A DNA stretch of 64,000 nucleotides from Flavobacteriaceae bacterium (GCA_035705295.1 DASSWG010000006.1:3327-67326), one strand, 5' to 3'. Positions 35,298 through 44,377 are shown, counted from the stretch's first letter. Numbers and translations are program-made. The notes: generated from the letters alone by a model not told the origin.

Positions 35298-36062
35298 ATG
35301 GAAAAAACCATTCTTGACGAAGCTAATCAGATTTGGAACAAGGCCACCAAAAACAAGGCTCCTGGGGATTTGCTCCTTGAAATGGAAATTTACAAGAAGT
35401 TGCTCAATATCTTCCAGGTGGGCGATTATTATTATTTTATTTTCAACGTGCCCCAAATGAGGATTGAATATGCCAGCGAATCCATTTCGTCGGTAATCGG
35501 CTGCCGTTCCGAAGATTATACAATTGATTATGTCCTGGATAATATCCACCCGGACGACCTGCCCCGTTTTTTGGATTTTGAAGCCACAGTTGTCGAATTT
35601 TTTTTACAGTTGCCTCCGGAAAAGACCATGAAATATAAATCACGTTACGATTACAGGATCAGGAAAACCGATGGCGACTACATCCATATTTTACAACAAG
35701 GCGTGGCCATTCAAAGTGATGGGGACGGAGTGGTGTTGCGCGCCTTTGTGGTGCATACCGACATATCGCACCTCAAAAAAAACAACAAAACGGTACTTTC
35801 CTTTATCGGTTTGGAAGGAGAGCCTTCTTATCTCGACGTGAAAAGCATCAAACGTATTCGACCGACAAAAGAACCACTTACCAATAGGGAAAAACAGATA
35901 CTTATTTTCTTGGCGAAAAACAAAACCAGCCTTGAAATTGGCGAAATGCTTTTTATAAGTAAAAACACCGTGGACAGGCATCGAAAAAATATGTTGGCAA
36001 AAACCGAAACCGGCACTACCCTGCAACTCGTGATGAAAGCCTTGGAAAAAGGATGGATTTAA
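35298..36062 (+). CDS. PAS domain-containing LuxR/GerE-family transcriptional regulator
   Basis: Starts MEKTILDEAN at 35298. PAS-like core ..IHPDDLPRFLDFEA...YDYRIRKTDGDYIHILQQGVAIQSDGDGVVLRAFVVHTDIS..; C-terminal HTH LTNREKQILIFLAKNKTSLEIGEMLFISKNTVDRHRKNMLAK. Confidence 0.85.
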   Translation: MEKTILDEANQIWNKATKNKAPGDLLLEMEIYKKLLNIFQVGDYYYFIFNVPQMRIEYASESISSVIGCRSEDYTIDYVLDNIHPDDLPRFLDFEATVVEFFLQLPPEKTMKYKSRYDYRIRKTDGDYIHILQQGVAIQSDGDGVVLRAFVVHTDISHLKKNNKTVLSFIGLEGEPSYLDVKSIKRIRPTKEPLTNREKQILIFLAKNKTSLEIGEMLFISKNTVDRHRKNMLAKTETGTTLQLVMKALEKGWI

Positions 36063-36228
36063 CGACAGAACGATCCTTCGGACTTTCTAATTAAGAATTG
36101 AAAGAAAAACCGCTATTTCGTTTTTTTTATAGAAGCTTAACATTCGTTTTATGAAGGAACAAGAGTAAATGATCATATAAATCAAAAGCCTTGTTTTCCC
36201 CGAAAATGTGTTGTGTTCAAAAATATAA

Positions 36229-36295
36229 TTCCAAGCTCCATCCCCAAAGTCTCGAGACCAAATTCCAATCCCAGATCCCCGATTTCCAATCACCA
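36229..36295. repeat. dispersed intergenic repeat cluster (TTCCAAGC.., CCAAATTCCAATCC, TTTCCAATCACC)
   Basis: Same ccaa(a)ttccaa word family as 9481-9503, 30027-30100 and 41361-41382. Confidence 0.5.
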
Positions 36296-36389
36296 TTTTT
36301 GTCGGTTTTAAAAACCTGTTAATATTTTTTGGTCAACTTGTTTCGTAAATAAAGTTATCCTTGTATCTTAGCACAAGAGCAGAATCCTT

Positions 36390-38246
36390 ATGGCAGAAAC
36401 AAAATATACCGAAGAAAACATCCGTTCGCTTGATTGGAAAGAGCATATCCGAATGCGCCCGGGAATGTACATCGGAAAACTCGGTGATGGTTCCAGCGCC
36501 GACGACGGCATCTATATTTTGCTCAAAGAAGTCATCGACAATTCCATCGATGAATTTGTGATGGGCTCCGGCAAAATCATCGAAATTTCCATTCAAGGCA
36601 ACAAAGTCATCGTGCGTGATTATGGCCGTGGAATTCCATTGGGGAAAGTGGTCGATGTGGTTTCCAAAATGAACACCGGTGGAAAATACGATACCAAAGC
36701 TTTTAAAAAATCGGTGGGTTTGAATGGCGTCGGAACCAAAGCCGTGAACGCCTTGTCCGAATATTTTCGGGTGGAATCCAGCCGCGATGGAAAATCCGCT
36801 TCCGCAGAATTTGAGCAGGGAAATTTGACAAACGAAGAATTGCTCGAAGAAACTTCGCGCAGAAAAGGAACCAAAGTTTCGTTTGTTCCCGACGAAGAAA
36901 TTTTCAAAAAATACAAATACCGGAGCGAATATGTAGAGAAAATGCTCAAAAACTACGTTTATCTCAATCCGGGATTGACGATTGTTTTTAATGGCGAAAA
37001 ATTCTATTCCGAAAACGGATTAAAAGATTTGTTGGCGGACAGCATTCGCGAAGAAGACCGCCTGTTTCCGATCATCCATTTGCGCGGGGACGACATTGAG
37101 GTTGCTATTACCTACCACAAATCGCAATACAGTGAAGAATACAATTCCTTTGTGAACGGGCAGCACACCACGCAGGGCGGAACCCACCAAAATGCGTTTC
37201 GCGAGGCTTTGGTAAAAACCATTCGCGATTATTTTGGTAAAAATTACGACTCCAGCGACATTCGAAAATCCATCGTTTCGGCCATCAGTATCAAGGTGAT
37301 GGAGCCGGTTTTTGAAAGCCAGACCAAAACCAAATTGGGCTCCACCGATATGGGCGGAAAATTACCGACCGTCCGGACCTATATTATGGATTTCGTGAAG
37401 CGCGAACTGGACAATTTCTTGCACAAAAACCCAGAAACCGCCGATAAACTGCAACGAAAAGTATTGCAGGCCGAACGCGAGCGGAAGGACCTTTCCGGCA
37501 TTCGAAAACTGGCGCGCGAGCGGGCGAAAAAAGCAAGCTTGCACAACAAAAAATTACGCGATTGCCGCGTGCATTTGGACGATGTGAAAAAAGAACGCAA
37601 CCTGGAAAGCACTTTGTTCATCACCGAGGGCGATTCCGCCAGCGGAAGCATCACCAAATCGCGCGATGTCAATACCCAAGCGGTTTTCAGCCTAAAAGGA
37701 AAACCTTTGAACAGTTATGGCTTGAGCAAAAAAATTGTGTACGAAAACGAAGAATTCAATTTGTTGCAAGCCGCGTTGAACATCGAAGATTCCATGGAAG
37801 ATTTGCGCTACAACAACATTGTCATCGCCACCGATGCCGATGTGGACGGAATGCACATTCGATTGTTGATCATCACATTTTTCCTGCAATTTTTCCCGGA
37901 ACTGATCAAAGAAGGCCATCTGTACATTTTGCAAACGCCCTTGTTCCGCGTGCGCAATAAAAAAGAAACCATTTACTGCTATTCCGAAAAAGAAAAACGA
38001 GCAGCGATCGAAAAACTAACAGGAAAGCCCGAAATTACCCGCTTTAAAGGTTTGGGGGAAATTTCGCCCGACGAATTCAAATATTTTATTGGCCGCGACA
38101 TCCGTTTGGACCCGGTGATGCTGGACAAAGATATGGGGATCGAAGAACTCTTGGAATTTTATATGGGAAAAAACACGCCCGATCGCCAGGAATTTATTAT
38201 CGACAACTTAAAAGTGGAACTGGATTTAATCGAAGAACAGCCATGA
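36390..38246 (+). CDS. parE: DNA topoisomerase IV subunit B
   Basis: 618 aa. ..[16 protein letters not shown].., GHKL ATPase and TOPRIM (..[11 protein letters not shown].., ..[12 protein letters not shown]..). Paired with a ParC-type A subunit downstream, while gyrA lies elsewhere in the window. Confidence 0.9.
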   Translation: MAETKYTEENIRSLDWKEHIRMRPGMYIGKLGDGSSADDGIYILLKEVIDNSIDEFVMGSGKIIEISIQGNKVIVRDYGRGIPLGKVVDVVSKMNTGGKYDTKAFKKSVGLNGVGTKAVNALSEYFRVESSRDGKSASAEFEQGNLTNEELLEETSRRKGTKVSFVPDEEIFKKYKYRSEYVEKMLKNYVYLNPGLTIVFNGEKFYSENGLKDLLADSIREEDRLFPIIHLRGDDIEVAITYHKSQYSEEYNSFVNGQHTTQGGTHQNAFREALVKTIRDYFGKNYDSSDIRKSIVSAISIKVMEPVFESQTKTKLGSTDMGGKLPTVRTYIMDFVKRELDNFLHKNPETADKLQRKVLQAERERKDLSGIRKLARERAKKASLHNKKLRDCRVHLDDVKKERNLESTLFITEGDSASGSITKSRDVNTQAVFSLKGKPLNSYGLSKKIVYENEEFNLLQAALNIEDSMEDLRYNNIVIATDADVDGMHIRLLIITFFLQFFPELIKEGHLYILQTPLFRVRNKKETIYCYSEKEKRAAIEKLTGKPEITRFKGLGEISPDEFKYFIGRDIRLDPVMLDKDMGIEELLEFYMGKNTPDRQEFIIDNLKVELDLIEEQP

Positions 38247-38713
38247 GGTTCAGCAACAGCAAATCGATCAAAATTTTGCCCTACATCTGTTTTTTCCTGC
38301 TGATGCTGATTTTGGTTTGTTTGTTTTTAAAACTGGTTTGGTTGATGAGCTCTGTTTGGTTCTATATTTTGGCTGGATTGGCTTTTCTTGGATTGATTTA
38401 CCTTTATTTAAAAGCAAAATACTTCCAATACGACAGTTTCGGGGAAAAACTGCGTTTTGAAAACAAAAAAGCGATTCGCCGGTTTTTTGCCGGTCGGAAG
38501 ATATACAAACTCGAATTCAACAAAAGAAAATTAAAACAGTATACGTTGAAAAATTATGGAATCTACAAATCCTTGGAAATTTCTTTTAGCTCGAAAAAAA
38601 ATAAGCTAAAGAAAAAAATCTTCGACATTACCTATTTAAGCAGCAAAAAAACCAAATTGCTCCGACAGTCGCTCGACAAAACCTTGAATTCCAATACACA
38701 AGCCTTCAATTAA
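38243..38713 (+). CDS. small two-TM membrane protein with Lys-rich tail, wedged between parE and parC
   Basis: 156 aa. The start overlaps the parE stop (ATGA) and the stop overlaps the parC start (TAATG). Two hydrophobic helices ([19 protein letters not shown].., [20 protein letters not shown]) are followed by a basic region. Confidence 0.65.
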   Translation: MRFSNSKSIKILPYICFFLLMLILVCLFLKLVWLMSSVWFYILAGLAFLGLIYLYLKAKYFQYDSFGEKLRFENKKAIRRFFAGRKIYKLEFNKRKLKQYTLKNYGIYKSLEISFSSKKNKLKKKIFDITYLSSKKTKLLRQSLDKTLNSNTQAFN

Positions 38714-41349
38714 TGGAAGAAAACAACCCAAATTCACAAAATCCGGCCGAAGAGCCCGCGCAAAACGAAGTGTTGACCAAGGTAACGGGAATGTATAAAG
38801 ATTGGTTTTTGGATTACGCTTCTTACGTGATTTTGGAACGTGCCGTTCCGGCCATCGAAGATGGTTTCAAGCCCGTGCAACGGCGAATTATGCATTCCAT
38901 GAAGGATTTGGACGACGGCCGCTACAACAAGGTGGCGAACATCGTGGGCCACACCATGCAATACCACCCGCACGGCGATGCCAGTATTGGCGATGCAATG
39001 GTGCAAATCGGGCAGAAAGATTTATTGATCGACGCCCAGGGAAACTGGGGGAATATTCTCACCGGCGATCGTGCGGCGGCACCGCGATATATCGAAGCCC
39101 GACTTTCCAAATTTGCGCTCGACGTTGTTTTCAACCCCAAAATCACCCAATGGCAAGCTTCCTACGACGGCCGCAAAAAAGAACCGGTGAACCTTCCTGT
39201 AATGTTTCCGTTGTTGCTGGCGCAAGGCGCTGAAGGAATTGCCGTGGGGTTGAGCACGCGCATTTTACCGCACAATTTTTTGGAACTCATCGATGCTTCC
39301 ATCAAACATTTGAAAGGAAAACGTTTCAAATTGTACCCGGATTTTCCCACTGGGGGAATTATTGACATTGCCAATTACAACGACGGCCTTCGTGGGGGAA
39401 GAATCCGCAGCCGCGCAAAAATCGACCAACGTGACAAAAACACCTTGGTGATCACAGAAATTCCGTTTGGCACGAACACTTCAACTTTGATCGATTCCAT
39501 TTTGAAGGCAAACGATAAGGGGAAAATAAAGATCAAAAAAATCGAGGATAACACGGCCGCGGAAGTCGAGATATTGATCCATCTTCCTTCCGGAATTTCG
39601 CTCGACAAAACCATTGATGCGCTTTATGCTTTCACCAATTGTGAAAACTCGATATCTCCGTTGTGTTGTGTGATCATCGACAACAAGCCCGAATTTTTGC
39701 CTGTTTCAGAAATTTTGCGAAGAAGTACCGATCATACGCTGGAATTGTTGAAAAGCGAGTTGGAAATCAAGCTCGAAGAATTTCAGGAACAATGGCATTT
39801 TGCTTCCTTGGAGCGTATTTTCATTGAAAAACGGATTTATCGCGATATTGAAGAAGAAGAAACTTGGGAAGGCGTGATCGCCGCCATCGACAAAGGATTG
39901 AAACCACATATTTCCCATTTGAAACGCGCGGTGACGGAAGAAGACATTGTCCGTTTGACGGAAATCAAGATCAAACGCATTTCACGATTCGATTTGGACA
40001 AAGCCCAACAAAAAATCGAAGCGCTCGAGGATGAAATAGCGCAAATAAAACATCACCTGGCCCATTTGACGGAATATGCGATCGCTTATTTTGAACGCTT
40101 GAAAAAAGAATACGGCGAAGGAAAAGAGCGCAAAACCGAAATTCGTGTTTTTGAGGACATTGAAGCTTCCAAAGTTGCCATCCGCAACACCAAATTGTAC
40201 GTGAACCGCAAAGAGGGTTTTGTGGGCACTTCGCTGAAAAAAGACGAATATGTCACCGATTGCAGTGACATCGACGACATTATTTGTTTCACCGAAGACG
40301 GAAAAATGATGGTCACCAAAGTGGGCGCGAAAACATTTATTGGAAAAAATATTGTCCACGTCAGCGTTTTCAAGAAAAAAGACAAACGCACCATTTACAA
40401 CCTTATTTACAAGGACGGCAAAGGCGGAAATTCCTATATCAAACGTTTTGCCGTTACATCGGTGACCCGCGACCGAGAGTACAGTGTGGGAAAAGACAAA
40501 CCAGGCACGCAATTGCTTTATTTTTCCGCAAACCCGAATGGCGAAGCCGAAGTGGTGACGGTTTATTTGCGCCAGGTCGGTCGCATAAAAAAACTGAAAT
40601 TTGAAGTCGATTTTGCCGAAATGGCGATCAAAGGCCGCGGGGTGAAAGGAAATTTGGTCACCAAACACCCAATCAAAAAAATCGAGTTGAAAGAAGAAGG
40701 CGTTTCCACCTTGAAACCCCGAAAAATATGGTTCGACGAAACCGTGCAACGTTTGAACATCGATGAACGGGGCGAACTGCTGGGCGAATTCCGAGGCGAG
40801 GACCGGTTGTTGGTCATTTCCCAAAATGGAATTGCAAAAACAATCAAACCTGAACTGACCACGCGGTTTGGCGACGATATAATTGTATTGGAAAAATGGG
40901 GTCCCAAAAAACCCATCTCCGCCATTTATTGGGAAGGTGAAAAAGAACGTTACTACGTGAAACGTTTTTTAATCGAAAACGAAGAGCGGGAAGAGTCGTT
41001 CATCAGTGAGCATCCAAAATCGCAGCTAGAAATTGTTTCCACCGATTATTTGCCGATGGTGGAGGTGGTTTACAACAAACTCCGAGGCAAAGACCAAAAA
41101 GAAAACGACGAAATCAATTTGGAGGAATTTATCACGGTCAAAGGAATAAAAGCGCTTGGAAACCAGCTGTCAACGGAAAAAGTGAAACAAATCAATTTAT
41201 TGGATCCTTTGCCTTTCGAAGCACCCGAAGAAATCCACGCCGATGAAGTGGAAGTAGTTGAGGAAGAAGTGGTTTCTGAAAACGAAACGGAAGCATCCGA
41301 AAATGACAAAGAAAACCCGGAAGGTAGTGGGCAAACTACGTTGTTTTAA
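38713..41349 (+). CDS. parC: DNA topoisomerase IV subunit A
   Basis: 878 aa. ..YASYVILERAVPAIEDGFKPVQRRIMHSM.., ..HPHGDASIGDAMV.., catalytic-Tyr region ..AAPRYIEARLS... Confidence 0.9.
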   Translation: MEENNPNSQNPAEEPAQNEVLTKVTGMYKDWFLDYASYVILERAVPAIEDGFKPVQRRIMHSMKDLDDGRYNKVANIVGHTMQYHPHGDASIGDAMVQIGQKDLLIDAQGNWGNILTGDRAAAPRYIEARLSKFALDVVFNPKITQWQASYDGRKKEPVNLPVMFPLLLAQGAEGIAVGLSTRILPHNFLELIDASIKHLKGKRFKLYPDFPTGGIIDIANYNDGLRGGRIRSRAKIDQRDKNTLVITEIPFGTNTSTLIDSILKANDKGKIKIKKIEDNTAAEVEILIHLPSGISLDKTIDALYAFTNCENSISPLCCVIIDNKPEFLPVSEILRRSTDHTLELLKSELEIKLEEFQEQWHFASLERIFIEKRIYRDIEEEETWEGVIAAIDKGLKPHISHLKRAVTEEDIVRLTEIKIKRISRFDLDKAQQKIEALEDEIAQIKHHLAHLTEYAIAYFERLKKEYGEGKERKTEIRVFEDIEASKVAIRNTKLYVNRKEGFVGTSLKKDEYVTDCSDIDDIICFTEDGKMMVTKVGAKTFIGKNIVHVSVFKKKDKRTIYNLIYKDGKGGNSYIKRFAVTSVTRDREYSVGKDKPGTQLLYFSANPNGEAEVVTVYLRQVGRIKKLKFEVDFAEMAIKGRGVKGNLVTKHPIKKIELKEEGVSTLKPRKIWFDETVQRLNIDERGELLGEFRGEDRLLVISQNGIAKTIKPELTTRFGDDIIVLEKWGPKKPISAIYWEGEKERYYVKRFLIENEEREESFISEHPKSQLEIVSTDYLPMVEVVYNKLRGKDQKENDEINLEEFITVKGIKALGNQLSTEKVKQINLLDPLPFEAPEEIHADEVEVVEEEVVSENETEASENDKENPEGSGQTTLF

Positions 41350-41350
41350 A

Positions 41351-41420
41351 CCCCAAATTTCAAGCACCAAATTCCAAATTCCGTTACCCTGAGCTGTCGT
41401 CCTGAGCTTGTAGAAGGACC
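41351..41420. repeat. dispersed intergenic repeat cluster (CAAATTTCAAGCACCAAATTCCAAATTCC + CCTGAGCTTGTAGAAGG)
   Basis: 17 of 18 nt are identical to 9445-9462. The cctgagcttgt(c/a)gaagg word is shared with 30154-30180. Confidence 0.55.
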
Positions 41421-41468
41421 GTGCTGGATCTTCGCTAAAACTGCCAATTGCGACTACCAACTAACTGC

Positions 41469-41861
41469 CTACTTTTTTGTGGAGTTGCTAACTTTAAACA
41501 CCGTTCCTTGTTGCTTGTTCGCTTCGTTTCCCACCACTGAAAATTCAAATGTGTAGCTGTTTTTGTCAGTGGTCAATATTTTGATGTGCAGGGGTTTTTC
41601 TTCTGCCTTGTTTTTGGGGTGCAGCGCGGTCAAAATATATTCACAATCGTTGATCCACCGCACGGAAGAAGAATCTGCTTCGCCTTGAAAATAATCCACT
41701 TCCAAGGTGTCGTTGCGGGTAAAGGTGGTTTTTACCATTTTTCCGTTCAAATAGGTTTCAAACTCAAAAGTACCGGTTTTGAAATCTTTACAGTTTCGTT
41801 TGGGCGAATAGCAACTTGCGAACAAACTCACCGCAAGAATAGTGGAAAAGACTCTTTTCAT
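41469..41861 (-). CDS. hypothetical lipoprotein
   Basis: 130 aa with a lipobox-like N-terminus MKRVFSTILAVSLFASC. No family recognised. Confidence 0.6.
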   Translation of the reverse strand: MKRVFSTILAVSLFASCYSPKRNCKDFKTGTFEFETYLNGKMVKTTFTRNDTLEVDYFQGEADSSSVRWINDCEYILTALHPKNKAEEKPLHIKILTTDKNSYTFEFSVVGNEANKQQGTVFKVSNSTKK

Positions 41862-41925
41862 AAAATTTTAGCTTCTGCAGCGAAAATACAAAATATTGTG
41901 CAGCATATAAAGGAACGGAAATGAA

Positions 41926-42312
41926 TCATTTGTTCTCAAACGCCTCAAATGTACCATCTTCATAGAACAACACGATTTTTTTTATACGTGTGTTGACGGT
42001 GTTTTTCGGTGAAATAGGGGAAGTGGTTTGCGTTGGAGGGGAAAAAAGATCGATTTCGCTTGATTGTTCGTTGCTTTTTTCCGGTTGTTTCGGAAAATCA
42101 CCTTTTCCATTCAACAACCAATGCAATTCCACTTCCGGGTAGGAAGAAACCACTTTCATCACAAAATCCAAACTCGGTTTGTTCCTTCCCGACAAAATGT
42201 GGGAAATGGAAGAACGCCCAACTTGGATTTCATCAGCGAAAGTTGCGGCCGATAAATCATAATGGTTCAAGATTTTTTGCAGCCTTTTTGCGAATTTTTC
42301 GGAGTTTACCAT
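41926..42312 (-). CDS. XRE-family helix-turn-helix transcriptional regulator
   Basis: 128 aa. ..FAKRLQKILNHYDLSAATFADEIQVGRSSISHILSGRNKPSLDFVMKV.. is an HTH_3-type motif. Confidence 0.8.
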   Translation of the reverse strand: MVNSEKFAKRLQKILNHYDLSAATFADEIQVGRSSISHILSGRNKPSLDFVMKVVSSYPEVELHWLLNGKGDFPKQPEKSNEQSSEIDLFSPPTQTTSPISPKNTVNTRIKKIVLFYEDGTFEAFENK

Positions 42313-42339
42313 TGTGAACGATCAAATTGATAAATTACG

Positions 42340-42351
42340 TTACAAATGTAA
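42340..42351. promoter_or_regulatory. operator-like palindrome TTACAAATGTAA (site 1)
   Basis: One mismatch from the perfect 12-mer TTACAATTGTAA. It lies 28 bp from the XRE gene start. Confidence 0.45.
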
Positions 42352-42374
42352 ATATAAGTTATCTAAAATACAAA

Positions 42375-42386
42375 TTACAATTGTAA
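42375..42386. promoter_or_regulatory. operator-like perfect palindrome TTACAATTGTAA (site 2)
   Basis: Perfect 12-bp palindrome, 35 bp centre-to-centre from site 1. Confidence 0.5.
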
Positions 42387-42519
42387 ACCAAGCTGAATTC
42401 AATAAAACTTAAACTTTATATTAAATGCCATACACGACTAAAAAACAAGTTATTAAGTATTAGTATCTAAATTATTGGAAATACTCCAATTCTGTATTCA
42501 CATTGTGAGGATCGGTAGG

Positions 42520-42531
42520 TTACAAAGGTAA
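42520..42531. promoter_or_regulatory. operator-like palindrome TTACAAAGGTAA (site 3)
   Basis: Two mismatches from the perfect 12-mer, 34 bp centre-to-centre from site 4. Confidence 0.4.
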
Positions 42532-42552
42532 ATTAATTATTAAAGTTTACTG

Positions 42553-42566
42553 TTTACAATTGTAAA
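42553..42566. promoter_or_regulatory. operator-like perfect palindrome TTTACAATTGTAAA (site 4)
   Basis: Perfect 14-bp palindrome ending ~29 bp upstream of the M14 peptidase ATG at 42595. Confidence 0.5.
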
Positions 42567-42594
42567 ATCAAGATTGTTTACTTTTGTGAACGAC

Positions 42595-43761
42595 ATGGAG
42601 GAAATCAAAACAACAAACGACCTGTGGGAAAACCATTCCCTTTTTAAAACCCTGCAATTTGACCATCGCTATCTCATTTTGGGAAAAATGGAAAACGCCT
42701 TGTTGGATTTGCCGGAGGATTTTAATTTGAAAACAGAAGGGTTTTCCGTGCTCAAAAACCCGATTCGTTCCATTTGTTTTGGAAATGGAAAAATCAAGGT
42801 GTTGTTATGGTCACAAATGCACGGAAACGAAACCACGACCACCAAAGCAATTTTTGATTTATTGAACCTGTTTGAAAAAGCGGGCTCAAATGCGCTTTTA
42901 AAAGATATTTTGGCCAATTGCACTTTAAAAATAATTCCGGTGTTAAACCCCGACGGAGCTGAAGCTTATACCCGCGAAAATGCCAACAAGATTGACTTGA
43001 ACCGCGATGCACAAGCTTTGTCGCAACCGGAAAGTCGCATATTGGATGCTGTTTTCAAAGAATTTCAACCCGATTTTTGCTTCAACTTGCACGATCAGCG
43101 TTCTATTTACAGCGTTGGGGACCAAAACAAGTCTGCGACCGTTTCTTTTTTGTCGCCCGCAATGGATGTGGAGAAAACCGTCAACGAAACCCGGAAAATT
43201 TCCATGCACCATATTGTGGCGATCAATGAATGTCTCCAAAAATACATACCGAATCAGGTTGGACGCTACGACGACAGTTTCAACCCAAATTGTGTGGGCG
43301 ATAAATTCCAGTCGTTGGACGTTCCGACCCTGCTTTTCGAAGCGGGTCATTTTCCAAACGATTACCAGCGCGAAAAAACCCGAAAGTTGATTTTTGTAGC
43401 GTTGTTAAAAGCACTTTCCTCCATTTCTTCAAATCCTTTTTCTACTGCAGGTTTTGAGAAGTACAGTACAATTCCCCAAAACAAAAAATTGTTTTTTGAT
43501 GTATTGATCAGAAATGTTTACATAAAAGGGGAAAGTTGCGATATCGGAATACAATTCGAAGAAAAACTGGAAAACGGCCACATAATTTTCACTCCGGTTT
43601 TAAAAGAAATTGGTGATTTGAAAGGCTTTTACGGACACTCGGAAATGGAAGGGGAGGGCAAACCCCTTCTTGTCAACAACTCGACGGAAATCGCCCAAGA
43701 AATGAAAATAATCAAAATCAATTTGGGAAGTTCTGTTATATCGTTAAATTTTGTCAAATAA
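42595..43761 (+). CDS. M14-family zinc carboxypeptidase-like protein
   Basis: First ATG at 42595 (the ORF-track start at 42574 is TTG). Zn-ligand motif ..LWSQMHGNETTTTKA.., ..NPDGAEAYTRENANKIDLNRD.., ..FCFNLHDQ... Confidence 0.8.
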   Translation: MEEIKTTNDLWENHSLFKTLQFDHRYLILGKMENALLDLPEDFNLKTEGFSVLKNPIRSICFGNGKIKVLLWSQMHGNETTTTKAIFDLLNLFEKAGSNALLKDILANCTLKIIPVLNPDGAEAYTRENANKIDLNRDAQALSQPESRILDAVFKEFQPDFCFNLHDQRSIYSVGDQNKSATVSFLSPAMDVEKTVNETRKISMHHIVAINECLQKYIPNQVGRYDDSFNPNCVGDKFQSLDVPTLLFEAGHFPNDYQREKTRKLIFVALLKALSSISSNPFSTAGFEKYSTIPQNKKLFFDVLIRNVYIKGESCDIGIQFEEKLENGHIIFTPVLKEIGDLKGFYGHSEMEGEGKPLLVNNSTEIAQEMKIIKINLGSSVISLNFVK

Positions 43762-43827
43762 TGTTTTTTTGTTGAGATAATTTGATTTTTTTATTTTATT
43801 TTTGTAATTCCCTAAAATTTAATAAAA

Positions 43828-44307
43828 ATGGCAAAGTTTAAATTAGATGAAATAGACCATAAGATTTTGGATATTTTGATCGAAAACACACGTACCCCCT
43901 TTACGGACATTGCAAAGAAACTGAAAGTTTCTGCAGGGACCGTTCATGTGCGGGTGAAAAAGATGGAAGCGAACGGCATTATCACCGGATCTTCCCTAAC
44001 AATTGATTATCAAAAGTTGGGTTATGCGTTCATTGCTTATGTGGGCGTTTTTCTGCAAAAAACCTCACAGACCAAGTTTGTTTTGGAGCGTATCAACCAA
44101 ATTCCTTTTGTGACCGTTGCGCACGTAACGACCGGAAAATTCAATATTTTCTGTAAAATCCGTGCCCGCGACACTTCGCATGCAAAGGATATTATTTATC
44201 AATTGGATGATATCGAAGGCGTTTACCGCACGGAAACCATGATTTCTTTGGAAGAGAGCTTGAACGACAAAAAACGTTTGATGCACTCGATTTTCAACAA
44301 CATGTAG
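43828..44307 (+). CDS. Lrp/AsnC family transcriptional regulator
   Basis: 159 aa. ..LDEIDHKILDILIENTRTPFTDIAKKLKVSAGTVHVRVKKMEANGII.. plus a C-terminal RAM/ASNC domain. Confidence 0.9.
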   Translation: MAKFKLDEIDHKILDILIENTRTPFTDIAKKLKVSAGTVHVRVKKMEANGIITGSSLTIDYQKLGYAFIAYVGVFLQKTSQTKFVLERINQIPFVTVAHVTTGKFNIFCKIRARDTSHAKDIIYQLDDIEGVYRTETMISLEESLNDKKRLMHSIFNNM

Positions 44308-44320
44308 AAAAGTTGTCACT

Positions 44321-44360
44321 AAAAAAAGCTTTCAGAAAAATGATTTTGAAAGCTTTTTTT
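44321..44360. terminator. bidirectional rho-independent terminator between the Lrp (+) and YebC (-) genes
   Basis: agctttca / tgaaagct 8-bp stem flanked by an A-run and a T-run. Confidence 0.7.
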
Positions 44361-44377
44361 GTTTGGTGTTGAGTGGT

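Noticed and set aside
42574-42594. TTG-initiated N-terminal extension (MFTFVND) of the M14 peptidase
   Set aside because: It would place the start codon inside or upstream of the TActTTTG -7 box. The first ATG at 42595 is more plausible, although this implies a very short leader and remains uncertain.
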